From an uncultured Bacilli bacterium (GTDB lineage: Bacteria; Bacillota_I; Bacilli_A; RF39; UBA660), in assembly GCA_934155005.1 (NCBI GenBank), contig CAKPGR010000002.1, forward strand, positions 21,415-85,414: a stretch of 64,000 nt of DNA, read 5' to 3'. This document shows, piece by piece, positions 1 to 9,231 of the stretch. The stretch's first letter is position 1, and each line of letters begins with the position of its first letter. The notes beneath the pieces are model-generated. The model had not been told where the DNA came from and did no database searches. It saw nothing but the letters and a program-made list of their open reading frames with translations. The translations under genes were made by a program, and so were the position numbers.

Positions 1-890
1 CCATCAAAGGCAGGAAATGGAATTAAATTAATAATTGCTACATTAATACATAAATAAGCAATTAAATAAATGATATTAATAATACCAGCACTTGCAGCGC
101 TTCCAACTACATTAAAAATACCAAGTGGTCCAGATAAATTGTCTAATCCAAGTTTACCTGTTATTAAATATAATAGGATTTTACCCATTTGACATATCAA
201 ATTTTTAGTTTGAATAAAAGCATACTCTATTGATGGTATGATACCTTTTTCTGTATCATTTGATAAAGAAAAACCATATGAATATCCTTCTACACCATTT
301 CTTTCAACTAAAATAGGTTTTACCGCAACTACTTCCCTATTACCATTTTGATGTTCGACTTCTAAATTAATAATCTCTCCACTATTAACAGCTATTTCTA
401 AAACAAGCATTTCAGAAGAATTTACTTTTTTGGAATTTATTTTAGTTATTTTATCTCCAACTTTAATATTTTCAAGTTCTGAAATAGGATAATTTTCTTT
501 TTCAATATATGATATCTTAGTTGGATTAGTTGGTTTACCATTACAAAGTCCAACAATAAATAAGAAAATAATTGCTAGTAAGATATTAAACATAATTCCC
601 GCTATTAAAGTCATAAAACGCCATATCCAACTTTTATTACAAAGTTGTCTATCTTTTGGAACGTTTTCCCCATCTTCTAAATCCTCACCAGCCATACTAA
701 CAAAACCACCTATTGGAAATAGTCTAATTGAGTATTCTGTTTCATTTTTTTTCTTAGAAAAAATTTTAGGACCCATTCCTAAACAAAATTCATATACATA
801 TACACCTGCTTTTTTAGCAAATAGAAAATGGCCCAGTTCATGAACCATTATCGTTACACATAATACAATTATAAAATATATTAATGTCAT
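1..890 (-). CDS. rseP: RseP/RasP-type site-2 zinc metalloprotease (peptidase M50), C-terminal part runs off the window
   Basis: Absent from the ORF track because there is no stop in the window. My translation from ATG 890 gives MTLIYFIIVLCVTIMVHELGHFLFAKKAGVYVYEFCLGMGP, with HExxH in TM1. GGAGGGG SD lies 4 nt upstream. It follows cdsA directly, as in Bacillus. Confidence 0.8.
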   Translation of the reverse strand, partial: MTLIYFIIVLCVTIMVHELGHFLFAKKAGVYVYEFCLGMGPKIFSKKKNETEYSIRLFPIGGFVSMAGEDLEDGENVPKDRQLCNKSWIWRFMTLIAGIMFNILLAIIFLFIVGLCNGKPTNPTKISYIEKENYPISELENIKVGDKITKINSKKVNSSEMLVLEIAVNSGEIINLEVEHQNGNREVVAVKPILVERNGVEGYSYGFSLSNDTEKGIIPSIEYAFIQTKNLICQMGKILLYLITGKLGLDNLSGPLGIFNVVGSAASAGIINIIYLIAYLCINVAIINLIPFPAFD

Positions 891-900
891 AAAACCCCTC

Positions 901-1701
901 CTATAAAATTCCAATAAAGAATATAAATCCTAAGAGAACAAAAATAATACTATCAAGTCTATCTAATATACCACCATGACCTGGCATAATATTAGAGAAA
1001 TCTTTTTTACCAAAGTATCTTTTAATTGATGAAAATACTAAATCTCCAAGTTGTCCTAAAATAGATAAGAACAAAGTTACTGAAATGATTAACAATAAAT
1101 TGATGTAAGGATCAATTACCGTTATATAAAACATTGTAGCAATTAATGTACCAAAAACAGTACCGGCGATCATACCTTCCCAAGTCTTATTTGGAGAAAC
1201 ATCTTCAAGTAATTTATGTTTTCCTATTAACATTCCTATAATATAAGCATATGTATCAGTCATAATAGTTATTAAAAATAAATATATTATTAAATTTAAA
1301 TCCATATTTCTAATAACTATTAAAATAGAAAAACTAATTGCTAAAAAGAAAACACCACCAATTAAATAAAAAGCATCTGTAATACTATACTTACTTCTAT
1401 CATGATACAAAATAGCTGGTAATAGAAAAACTAAAAATAATGCTGATAAAATTCTATAATCAACCATAAATACCATCTTAGAAACATTTAGACTTGATAT
1501 TAATATAAGTGTTAAAATAATGTAAGATATAAAGCTAATAAAGCTAGGTATTTGTTTTTTAGTTTCTTTAACTTTTAAAAATTCTCTTAATCCTAAAAGG
1601 GCTAATGCTATTACTGCCAAATCAAAAATGATTCCACCAACATAAAATATAGGAACTAAAATTAGGAGTGCTACTACTGCACTTATTACTCTTTTTTTCA
1701 T
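901..1701 (-). CDS. cdsA: Phosphatidate cytidylyltransferase (CDP-diglyceride synthase)
   Basis: 266-aa polytopic protein with the C-terminal signature SPNKTWEG...GDLVFSSIKRYFGKKDFSNIMPGHGGILDRLDS. Confidence 0.9.
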   Translation of the reverse strand: MKKRVISAVVALLILVPIFYVGGIIFDLAVIALALLGLREFLKVKETKKQIPSFISFISYIILTLILISSLNVSKMVFMVDYRILSALFLVFLLPAILYHDRSKYSITDAFYLIGGVFFLAISFSILIVIRNMDLNLIIYLFLITIMTDTYAYIIGMLIGKHKLLEDVSPNKTWEGMIAGTVFGTLIATMFYITVIDPYINLLLIISVTLFLSILGQLGDLVFSSIKRYFGKKDFSNIMPGHGGILDRLDSIIFVLLGFIFFIGIL

Positions 1702-1715
1702 AAAATCACTCTTTT

Positions 1716-1912
1716 CTAAATTTGATTTACTAAATCAATCATCATTCCATAAAATTTATAAGCATAAATAATAGAAAATACAACAATTAAAATAATGATA
1801 ATAATGTTAAATATGCTTCTTATTTTTTTATTTTTTTCTCTTTTTTCTAATATTTCAACTCTTTTTTTAACAAAATTATTTCTTGATTTAGTTTTTCAAT
1901 TTTCTCTTCCAT
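1716..1912 (-). pseudogene. Small coiled-coil plus single-TM ORF interrupted at an A7 run (frameshift or sequencing error)
   Basis: ATG 1912 reads MEEKIEKLNQEIILLKKELKY then stops. The adjacent frame continues KKRVEILEKREKNKKIRSIFNIIIIILIVVFSIIYAYKFYGMMIDLVNQI to a stop at 1716. One extra A in the run at 1862-1868 would fuse the two frames. Confidence 0.3.
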
Positions 1913-2007
1913 AAATCATCTACCCTATATATAGATTACCACAAAATATGTATAAAAGTAAAGAATAATACTATATAAATTTATAAATAAAACTAGAGAA
2001 TTCATCT

Positions 2008-2991
2008 CTAGTTTTCACCTTCTTTTAACATATTAGTTATAAAAATACCATAACCTTTTTTAGGATCCTCTACAACAACGTGTGTGACTGCACCAATAAT
2101 TAAATCATTTTGTAAAATTGGTGATCCACTCATTCCTTGAACTATCCCACCGGTTTTTTCTAATAATTCTTTATCAGTAACTTCAAATAAAATATTTTTA
2201 TTATTAGCATCTTTTTTCATAATTTTGATGATGTTAATATCATATTCTTTTATTTCATCTCCATCAATTACTGTAAGTATTTTGGCTGGTCCTGTTTTTA
2301 TTTCATCTGGATTTGCTACTTTTTTTAGTTCTTTATTTGGTAAACTATTTGTATACTTTCCAAAAATACCACTAGATGTATTTTCTTTTATTGTACCTTC
2401 TTCGTCTTCTAAATTAATATTCGCATTTTTACTACCTGGATTTCCATTTTCACTTCTATCTATGGTTGTAACATTTGTTGATACAATCTTCCCATCTTTA
2501 ACCTCTAAAAGTAAACCAGAATTTGATTCTATGACTTCATGACCTAATGCACCATATATTAATGTTTTTGGATCTATATAACTAAGTGTTCCTATTCCTG
2601 TCACATTATCTTTTACATATAAACCTGTTTTTGAAACACCATCTTCTTTAATTAATTTTAATTTTGTTTCAAATTCTTTATCATTTCTTAAAGAAGTAAT
2701 TGAAGCTTCATTTTCAGATTTACTTATTTGATTTACAAGTTCATCAATATTTGTAACATCTACATTATTTACTTTCTTTATAATATCACCTGTTTTAAGT
2801 CCTGCTTCTATTGCAGGATTTTGGTTATTTATTTCATATGTTCCAACTATTAAAATACCTTTTGTATTAATACTGATACCAATATTTTCACCACCAGGTA
2901 TAATATATGAAGAATAAGCAAATATATTTATAGGAATTAAAGTTATTAAAAGAAGTAAGATTTTAAAGGATTTTTTAATTTTTAAAAACAT
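2008..2991 (-). CDS. spoIVB: SpoIVB-like sporulation signalling serine peptidase (S55) with PDZ domain
   Basis: PDZ-like AGLKTGDIIKKVN, catalytic-type GALGHEV and GMSGSPIL, N-terminal signal anchor. Start moved to ATG 2991 (AAAGGAG SD 8 nt upstream); the track start at 3033 looks like an extension. Confidence 0.8.
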   Translation of the reverse strand: MFLKIKKSFKILLLLITLIPINIFAYSSYIIPGGENIGISINTKGILIVGTYEINNQNPAIEAGLKTGDIIKKVNNVDVTNIDELVNQISKSENEASITSLRNDKEFETKLKLIKEDGVSKTGLYVKDNVTGIGTLSYIDPKTLIYGALGHEVIESNSGLLLEVKDGKIVSTNVTTIDRSENGNPGSKNANINLEDEEGTIKENTSSGIFGKYTNSLPNKELKKVANPDEIKTGPAKILTVIDGDEIKEYDINIIKIMKKDANNKNILFEVTDKELLEKTGGIVQGMSGSPILQNDLIIGAVTHVVVEDPKKGYGIFITNMLKEGEN

Positions 2992-3066
2992 TACATCGTC
3001 TCCTTTAAAACAGGCTACACTATTATTATTCAAATAAAAAAATAAAAAATACTTAAAAAAGTACTT

Positions 3067-3288
3067 TTATTCATCTATTTCAAATTTTTCTTCTAAACCA
3101 TTTTCTGAAACCATTTTGCTAACTTGTTCTTCTACATTTTTAAGTTCTGTATCACATTCATTTATAAGTTTCATAGCTTTAGTATATTTATTAATTGACT
3201 CTTCTAAATCAATTTCGCCATTTTCAAGAGAATCAATTATTTCATTTAATTCATTCATTTTATCTTCAAATTTAATTTTCTTTTCCAT
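3067..3288 (-). CDS. xseB: Exodeoxyribonuclease VII small subunit
   Basis: About 73 aa, helical, with LNEIIDSLENGEIDLEESINKYTKAMKL. It follows and overlaps xseA. ATG 3288 has an AGGTGA SD 5 nt upstream; the track used GTG 3297. Confidence 0.85.
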   Translation of the reverse strand: MEKKIKFEDKMNELNEIIDSLENGEIDLEESINKYTKAMKLINECDTELKNVEEQVSKMVSENGLEEKFEIDE

Positions 3289-4555
3289 AACTTTCACCTA
3301 CCACTTCATTAACTGTTACTTTTAAATTACCATCCCTAAATCTAATTTTTAATTTGTCATCTATTTTAATATTTTTTACTGATTTTATAATTTCTTCATT
3401 TTTATAACTTAAACTATATCCTTTTTTTAGTAAAGATAAAGGATTTAATAGTTCTAATTTTTCAATTATGACTTTTAAATTATCAAAATATTTTTGATAT
3501 AGTATTTTAGGATTATTTATAATATAGTTCTTTTTATAAATATCTAAGTTCATTTTTTCTTTTTCGATTTTTTTAGAAAGAATATTTTTTATTTTTTCTA
3601 ATGCTATATCTAGTTGTTGTTTTTTATTATTAAACATTAACATTGGATTTTTTATAACAAATGAATTTTTTAATGCTTCTATCTCTAATTTTTTATATTT
3701 TATTTTTTTAATAATTCCTTCATTTAATCTAATTTTAAATTGATCAAATGTATTCTTTAAATCAACAATATTAGGTACAGCCATTTCAGCAGCTCCTGTT
3801 GGTGTTGGAGCTCTAAGATCAGATACAAAATCAATTATTGTATAATCTATCTCATGACCAACAGCACTTATAATAGGCGTTTTGGCATTAAAAATAGTTC
3901 TTGCTAGTTCTTCATTATTAAAGCAATTCATATCTTCAAAAGAACCACCACCACGACCAACAATTAAAACATCTAAATTGTAATCATCTGCTTGTTTTAC
4001 TTTATTTATAATATCAATACTCGCATTTTCACCCTGAACTAAGCATGGAAATAAATAAGTTTCACATAAAGGAAATCTCCTTCTTATTGTTGATATTATA
4101 TCTTTTACAGCAGCTCCTGTCTTAGCTGTAACAATTCCAACTTTTTCTGGAATTTTTGGTATTTCTTTTTTATATTTTTGATCAAATAAACCTTCTTTTT
4201 TTAATTTTTCTTTTAACTGTTCAAAGGCAACATATAAATTACCTACACCATCTTCTAATAAATCTTCAACATATATTTGATAATTACCACTTAAAGGATA
4301 TACTCCTATACTTCCAGTTATTAATACTTTCATTCCTTCTGTTGGCACAAAAGATAATTTCTGAGCATTTCCTCTAAACATAATTGCTCTTATAACACTA
4401 TTTTCATCTTTTATAGAAAAATAGTAATGTCCTGTTGAATGAGCTTTAAAATTAGATATTTCACCTTTTAAATAAATTTTTTTTAGATTTATATCTGATT
4501 CTAGCTTAAATTTTAAATATTTTGTTAAAGCTGTTACAGTTAAATATTTATCCAT
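3272..4555 (-). CDS. xseA: Exodeoxyribonuclease VII large subunit
   Basis: 427 aa. N-terminal OB fold (GEISNFKAHSTGHYYFSIKD), catalytic core (GRGGGSFEDM) and a long C-terminal coiled coil. Confidence 0.9.
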   Translation of the reverse strand: MDKYLTVTALTKYLKFKLESDINLKKIYLKGEISNFKAHSTGHYYFSIKDENSVIRAIMFRGNAQKLSFVPTEGMKVLITGSIGVYPLSGNYQIYVEDLLEDGVGNLYVAFEQLKEKLKKEGLFDQKYKKEIPKIPEKVGIVTAKTGAAVKDIISTIRRRFPLCETYLFPCLVQGENASIDIINKVKQADDYNLDVLIVGRGGGSFEDMNCFNNEELARTIFNAKTPIISAVGHEIDYTIIDFVSDLRAPTPTGAAEMAVPNIVDLKNTFDQFKIRLNEGIIKKIKYKKLEIEALKNSFVIKNPMLMFNNKKQQLDIALEKIKNILSKKIEKEKMNLDIYKKNYIINNPKILYQKYFDNLKVIIEKLELLNPLSLLKKGYSLSYKNEEIIKSVKNIKIDDKLKIRFRDGNLKVTVNEVVGESYGKEN

Positions 4556-4563
4556 ATTTACAC

Positions 4564-4965
4564 CTACTTATTATGATATACTTTATCTAGTACGCCATTT
4601 ATCATATTTTTAACTGAATCATCACTATATAATTTAGCAAGTTCTACTGCCTCATTTATACAAACAATATCAGGAGTATCTGTATAAATAAGTTCATATA
4701 TTCCTATCTCTAAAATAGCCTTATCAGTATTTCCTAATCTATCTATTGTCCAATTATCTAAATATTTATTAGCAAGAGAGTCAATATCATTTTGATATGT
4801 AACAACCCCATATACTAAATCTTTTACAAATTCATTTTCTATTTCCATGACTTCTTTTATTATATTATTTATATCATATTCCATTTTATTACTTTTATAA
4901 ACATTTATTTGATAAAGAATTGTCATTGCTTTTTTTCTAAGTTCACTTCTATTTAATTGTTCCAC
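4564..4965 (-). CDS. nusB: Transcription antitermination factor NusB
   Basis: 133 aa with RSELRKKAMTILYQ...INEAVELAKLY. nusB-xseA-xseB order matches other Firmicutes. GTG start with a GGTGA SD. Confidence 0.85.
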   Translation of the reverse strand: MEQLNRSELRKKAMTILYQINVYKSNKMEYDINNIIKEVMEIENEFVKDLVYGVVTYQNDIDSLANKYLDNWTIDRLGNTDKAILEIGIYELIYTDTPDIVCINEAVELAKLYSDDSVKNMINGVLDKVYHNK

Positions 4966-5048
4966 CTTAAATCACCTTATTTGATTATAACATAATTAAA
5001 ATTTTTTATAAAGACATCTTGATAAGAAAAAAAGATTAGTTTCCTAAT

Positions 5049-5591
5049 CTATACAGTCATTAATTCTTTTTCTTTTTCTTTTGCTTTTTCATCTACTATT
5101 TTATTATATTTATTTATTAATTCTTGAACTTCATTTTGAACATCTTTTACTTCATCTTCTGTGATTTCAAGCTTTTTAGCGTCACTATTAGCTTCTTGTC
5201 TAATATTTCTTAAAGCAATTTTTGCTTCTTCAGCAATACTTTTTGCTTGTTTAACATATTCTTTTCTTGTTTCTTCTGTTAAAGCTGGAATATTTAATAT
5301 GATAACTTCACCATTATTATTTGGCGTTAATCCAATATTAGCTTCATAAATCGCTTTTTCTATTAAACTAATTGATGATTTATCAAATGGTTTTATTTGA
5401 AGCATTCTAGCTTCTGGAATAGAAATTGTAGCTAATTGAACAAGTGGTGTTGGAACACCATAATATGAAACATTAACTTTATCTAAAATAGCTGGATTAG
5501 CTCTTCCTGCTCTAATATTTGTAAGTCTTTTTTCTAAATTAGTTATTGTGTTTTGCATTTTTTCTTCTGTTGTAATTAAAATATCATCCAT
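5049..5591 (-). CDS. frr: Ribosome recycling factor
   Basis: LTNIRAGRANPAILDKVNVSYYGVPTPLVQLATISIPEARML. The second ATG (5591) is preferred because GGAGAG abuts the first ATG (5597). Confidence 0.93.
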   Translation of the reverse strand: MDDILITTEEKMQNTITNLEKRLTNIRAGRANPAILDKVNVSYYGVPTPLVQLATISIPEARMLQIKPFDKSSISLIEKAIYEANIGLTPNNNGEVIILNIPALTEETRKEYVKQAKSIAEEAKIALRNIRQEANSDAKKLEITEDEVKDVQNEVQELINKYNKIVDEKAKEKEKELMTV

Positions 5592-5655
5592 CTTCATCTC
5601 TCCTTATTAATATTATAATATATCAATATTAATTATTCAAGAATAAAATTATATA

Positions 5656-6486
5656 TCATTTAATTCTTTTATACATATAAACTGTTATATATGGATTTTG
5701 CACTGAAAAAGACGTTCCATTACAATTTGTACATGCTGTTGTTGATAAAGTTGTTCCAGTAAAAGTACTTGTAACTTTTCCGCTTGGTGTATAATAGTGT
5801 TGATGGTTACCTGGATTATCAGTATATACATTATCCTTAGCAGAATAACCACCTCCAAACCAAGGACCCCAATGTTGTGAACTTAAGTCGCTAACATACA
5901 TTCCTAAGCCTGATTCAAGGCGATAATTATAGCCATCATATTCACCACCGTATATTCTATGTGTATGACCTCCACTTCCTTCTGTTAAAGCTCTATTTCC
6001 ACTAAAACTAGAACTAATATTTCCTTTTGGTGTATATGTATGACTGTGACTTGGAAGATTTGAAGTTGTAAGTGTTGTTGTACTACTTCCTCCTGTCTTA
6101 CTTACTGTGTTAAAATTAGTATTACTTGTGTCTACTCCAACTAATGTCTTTCCTGTTCCATATGCTTCCCATGTCCCACCAAATTTTTTAGCTATATCAT
6201 TAGCTGTTGTTATATTCGTTGAAAGATATATACTTCCAACAGGGTACATTTCATTTAACATATCGCTTTTTAATGAATTAATTTCTTTTTTTAATTCATC
6301 ATATTTATCAGCTATACTATATAGTTCATCTAGTGAATTTTGAAGTGTTGCATCACTTCCTAAATTAGATCCTGTTGGAGCATTTACTGATATTCCATTT
6401 GCATAAAAATTACTTCCTGCATATACTCCAACACTTCCAAATATTAGTCCACCTATTATTATTCCTAGTATTATCTTTTTATTCAT
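5656..6486 (-). CDS. Family member 1: Sec-signal N-module (A) plus tail-fibre-like C-module (T) with three HxH motifs
   Basis: MNKKIILGIIIGGLIFGSVGVYA signal, SNLGSDATLQNSLDELYS motif, YPVGSIY...GGTWEAYGTGKTLVG...LPSHSHTY, GHTHRIY, NHQHYY, ending QNPYITVYMYKRIK. Preceded by the poly-G leader cassette. Confidence 0.75.
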   Translation of the reverse strand: MNKKIILGIIIGGLIFGSVGVYAGSNFYANGISVNAPTGSNLGSDATLQNSLDELYSIADKYDELKKEINSLKSDMLNEMYPVGSIYLSTNITTANDIAKKFGGTWEAYGTGKTLVGVDTSNTNFNTVSKTGGSSTTTLTTSNLPSHSHTYTPKGNISSSFSGNRALTEGSGGHTHRIYGGEYDGYNYRLESGLGMYVSDLSSQHWGPWFGGGYSAKDNVYTDNPGNHQHYYTPSGKVTSTFTGTTLSTTACTNCNGTSFSVQNPYITVYMYKRIK

Positions 6487-6619
6487 TTTTATCTACTCCT
6501 TTACACAAAAAAAAGAGGGTTTTATACCCCCCCCCGACTTTGAAATTTTTTTATCTCTCAGTCAATATTATTATTTTGCTTTACATACCCATTTTAACAA
6601 ATATCTTTTATTTTTTCAA
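6487..6619 (-). promoter_or_regulatory. Poly-G leader cassette, copy 1 (promoter plus ~95-nt 5' leader)
   Basis: -35 TTGAAA at 6614-6619, 17-nt spacer, extended -10 TGTTAAAAT (-10 at 6591-6596), invariant core, C9 (+ strand) at 6527-6535, GAGGG/loop/C-run hairpin plus U8, AAGGAG SD, ATG 6486. Confidence 0.7.
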
Positions 6620-6671
6620 TATGCCTAATAATATTACTCTACTTATATTATTAAATAAAATTTTATAACTT

Positions 6672-9011
6672 CTAATCTTGCCACTTAAAGTTTCTTATTT
6701 CCTCTAAATCTTGTCCATATTCTCTAATATATTCTTTATGCTCAACTAATTTATCTTTACATAATTGATATAAACTTGAAGATTTATCTTCTAAACAATC
6801 TAAATATTTTAAAGCATCCATTACTAAGTGAAATCTATCTAATTCATTTTGAACACGCATATCAAATGGTGTTGTAATTGTTCCTTCTTCTTTATATCCA
6901 TGTACATGTAAATCTTTATTTGTTCTTTTATAAGTTAATTGATGTATCAAGCTAGCATAACCATGGAACGCAAATATTATTGGTTTATCTTTTGTAAAAA
7001 TAGCATCATAATCAGAATCAGTAAGTCCATGTGGATGTTTTATATTAGATTCTAGTCGCATTAAATCAACTACATTTACAACTCTAATTTTTAGTTCAGG
7101 AAAATATGTTCTTAACATTTTAGTTGCAGCCAATGTTTCAAGAGTTGGCGTATCACCACAACAAGCCATAACAATATCTGGTTCTACACCTTCATCATTA
7201 CTTGCCCATGACCAAATACCAATTCCCTCTGTACAATGTTTAATTGCTTCATCCATAGTAAGCCATTGTGGTCTTGGATGTTTTGAAGCTACTATAACAT
7301 TTATATAATTTTTAGATTTAATACAGTGATTAAAACAAGATATCAAACAATTAGCATCTGGTGGTAAATAAATACGTGTTATATCAGCTTTCTTTGTAAC
7401 TAAATGATTTAAGAATCCTGGATCTTGATGAGTATAACCATTATGATCTTGTTGCCAAATATGAGATGTTAAAACATAGTTCAAAGAAGCTATTGGTCTT
7501 CTCCAAGAAAGTTCTTTTGTAACTTTTAACCACTTAGCATGTTGACTAGCCATTGAATCAACAATTCTAACAAAAGCTTCATAACTATGTAAAAATCCAT
7601 GCCTTCCAGTAAGAAGATATCCTTCTAATGCCCCTTCACAAACGTGTTCTGATAAAATAGAATCAATTACCCTTCCATCAGGAGATAAAAATTCATCATT
7701 ATTATCAGTTTGTAAAACCCATTTTCTATTAGTATCTTCAAAAATATGATTCAATCTATTGGATAGTGCTTCATCTGGTCCAAATATTCTAAAATTATCT
7801 GGATTTTCCTTAATTATATCTCTTACAAAAGCTCCAAGTTCTATCATATCTTGAGCTTCAGTATCACCTTTCACTTCAACTTTAACACCATAATTTTTAA
7901 AATCTGGAATTCTAAGTTCTTTTAAAAGCATTCCACCATTTGCATGCATATTAGAACCCATTCTTCTATTTTTGCTTGGAACAAATTCTTTATACTCGTC
8001 TTTTAATTTACCTGTCTCATCAAATAATTCTTCTGGATGATAACTCAACATCCAATCTTCTAATGCTTTTAAAGACTCTTCTGTAACCGTAATTGGAACT
8101 TGATGAGCTCTAAAACTTCCCTCAATTTTCTTACCATCTTGTTCTTTGGGACCTGTCCAACCTTTTGGTGTTCTAAGAACAACCATTGGCCATAATTGTC
8201 TTTGATAATTAGGTTCTTTTGCTTTTTCTTTCATTTCTTTTAATTTTAAAACAATTTGATCTAAGACTGTTGCCATAACTTCATGCATAGTAACTGGATC
8301 ATTACCTTCCACATAATAAGGTAGCCAACCATTTCCTTTTAATAAACAGTCTAATTCAGCCTTAGAAATCCTTGATAATATTGTTGGATTAGATATTTTG
8401 AATCCATTTAAATGAAGAATTGGTAAAATTGTACCATCTGTTTTAGGATTTAAAAATTTATTAACATGCCAAGAAGTAGCAAGCGGACCTGTTTCAGCTT
8501 CACCATCACCTACAACAGTCGCTACAATTAAATCAGGGTTATCTAAGGCGGCACCTAAAGCATGCGAAAGACTATAGCCAAGCTCTCCACCCTCATTAAT
8601 TGATCCTGGTGTTTCAGGTGCGACATGACTACTAATACCACCTGGGAAACTAAATTGTTTAAATAATTTTTTTAATCCCTCTTCATCTTCTGTTATATTT
8701 GGATATACTTCGCTATAGGTTCCTTCCAAATATGTATTTGCAACAATAGCATTACCACCATGTCCTGGTCCCGAAATATAAATCATATCTAAATCATATT
8801 TTTTGATTATTCTATTTAAATGTGTATATATAAAATTTTGACCTGGTACTGTCCCCCAGTGTCCAACTACATTAGGTTTTATATCCTTTAAACTAAGTGG
8901 CCTTTTTAAAAGAGGGTTATCTAATAAATATAATTGTCCCACTGATAAATAGTTACATGCTCTAAAATAACCATCTAAACTCTTTACTTCTTTTTCTGTT
9001 AAAGTACTCAC
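6672..9011 (-). CDS. xfp: Xylulose-5-phosphate/fructose-6-phosphate phosphoketolase
   Basis: About 780 aa with [28 protein letters not shown] and a TPP-binding [12 protein letters not shown] 9011 (AGGGGA SD 7 nt upstream) is preferred over the track's TTG 9038. Confidence 0.93.
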   Translation of the reverse strand: MSTLTEKEVKSLDGYFRACNYLSVGQLYLLDNPLLKRPLSLKDIKPNVVGHWGTVPGQNFIYTHLNRIIKKYDLDMIYISGPGHGGNAIVANTYLEGTYSEVYPNITEDEEGLKKLFKQFSFPGGISSHVAPETPGSINEGGELGYSLSHALGAALDNPDLIVATVVGDGEAETGPLATSWHVNKFLNPKTDGTILPILHLNGFKISNPTILSRISKAELDCLLKGNGWLPYYVEGNDPVTMHEVMATVLDQIVLKLKEMKEKAKEPNYQRQLWPMVVLRTPKGWTGPKEQDGKKIEGSFRAHQVPITVTEESLKALEDWMLSYHPEELFDETGKLKDEYKEFVPSKNRRMGSNMHANGGMLLKELRIPDFKNYGVKVEVKGDTEAQDMIELGAFVRDIIKENPDNFRIFGPDEALSNRLNHIFEDTNRKWVLQTDNNDEFLSPDGRVIDSILSEHVCEGALEGYLLTGRHGFLHSYEAFVRIVDSMASQHAKWLKVTKELSWRRPIASLNYVLTSHIWQQDHNGYTHQDPGFLNHLVTKKADITRIYLPPDANCLISCFNHCIKSKNYINVIVASKHPRPQWLTMDEAIKHCTEGIGIWSWASNDEGVEPDIVMACCGDTPTLETLAATKMLRTYFPELKIRVVNVVDLMRLESNIKHPHGLTDSDYDAIFTKDKPIIFAFHGYASLIHQLTYKRTNKDLHVHGYKEEGTITTPFDMRVQNELDRFHLVMDALKYLDCLEDKSSSLYQLCKDKLVEHKEYIREYGQDLEEIRNFKWQD

Positions 9012-9200
9012 TATCCCATCCCCTATTCTTAAAAACAATTATACACTATTTTTTTTAATAATGAAATAAAAAAGAACAAATAAAATTATTATCTATTTGT
9101 CTACACTCTGAATAACTATACTATTTTTGATATACAAAAACTTTTATTTTTAAATTAATAATAATCATACTTTATTATTTTGTTCTTTTCATGCTTATTT

Positions 9201-9231
9201 AAAAAAATATTGAAACTAAGTCAATATTTTT
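9201..9231 (-). terminator. AT-rich hairpin terminator after family member 2, overlapping its stop codon
   Basis: Coding strand reads TAAAAAATATTGA-CTTAGTT-TCAATATTTTTTT, a 10-11 bp stem. The paralogous site at 31846-31871 carries a compensatory G/C swap. Confidence 0.5.

Noticed and set aside
2225-2542. Plus-strand ORFs from the track lying antisense inside well-supported minus-strand genes. They are 2225-2542, 3116-3325, 4156-4377, 5161-5349, 6107-6343, 6375-6668, 9365-9556, 9571-9822, 11707-11892, 14494-14796, 20886-21134, 25117-25338, 26617-26844, 27742-27951, 30865-31089, 31971-32195, 37003-37185, 38950-39174, 41666-41911, 43983-44165, 44523-44717, 50444-50629, 51043-51234, 53053-53379, 57709-57891, 58441-58704, 59315-59746, 60554-60793, 62302-62508 and 62890-63429.
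   Set aside because: These are shadow ORFs in AT-rich DNA. They have low-complexity Ser/Phe/Leu/Ile-rich translations and no SD. Each is fully contained in, or overlaps, a conserved gene on the other strand.
6520-6526. TATAAA next to the poly-G tract as the -10 box, with the tract acting as a promoter spacer (the classic phase-variation layout).
   Set aside because: The box is not conserved (TATAAA, TACAAA, TTAAAA, TAAAAA). The best upstream -35-like hexamer (TTTCAA) would be only 13-15 nt away. A far better promoter (TTGAAA-17-TGTTAAAAT) lies about 55 nt upstream in five of the six copies. The segment fits a hairpin loop better.
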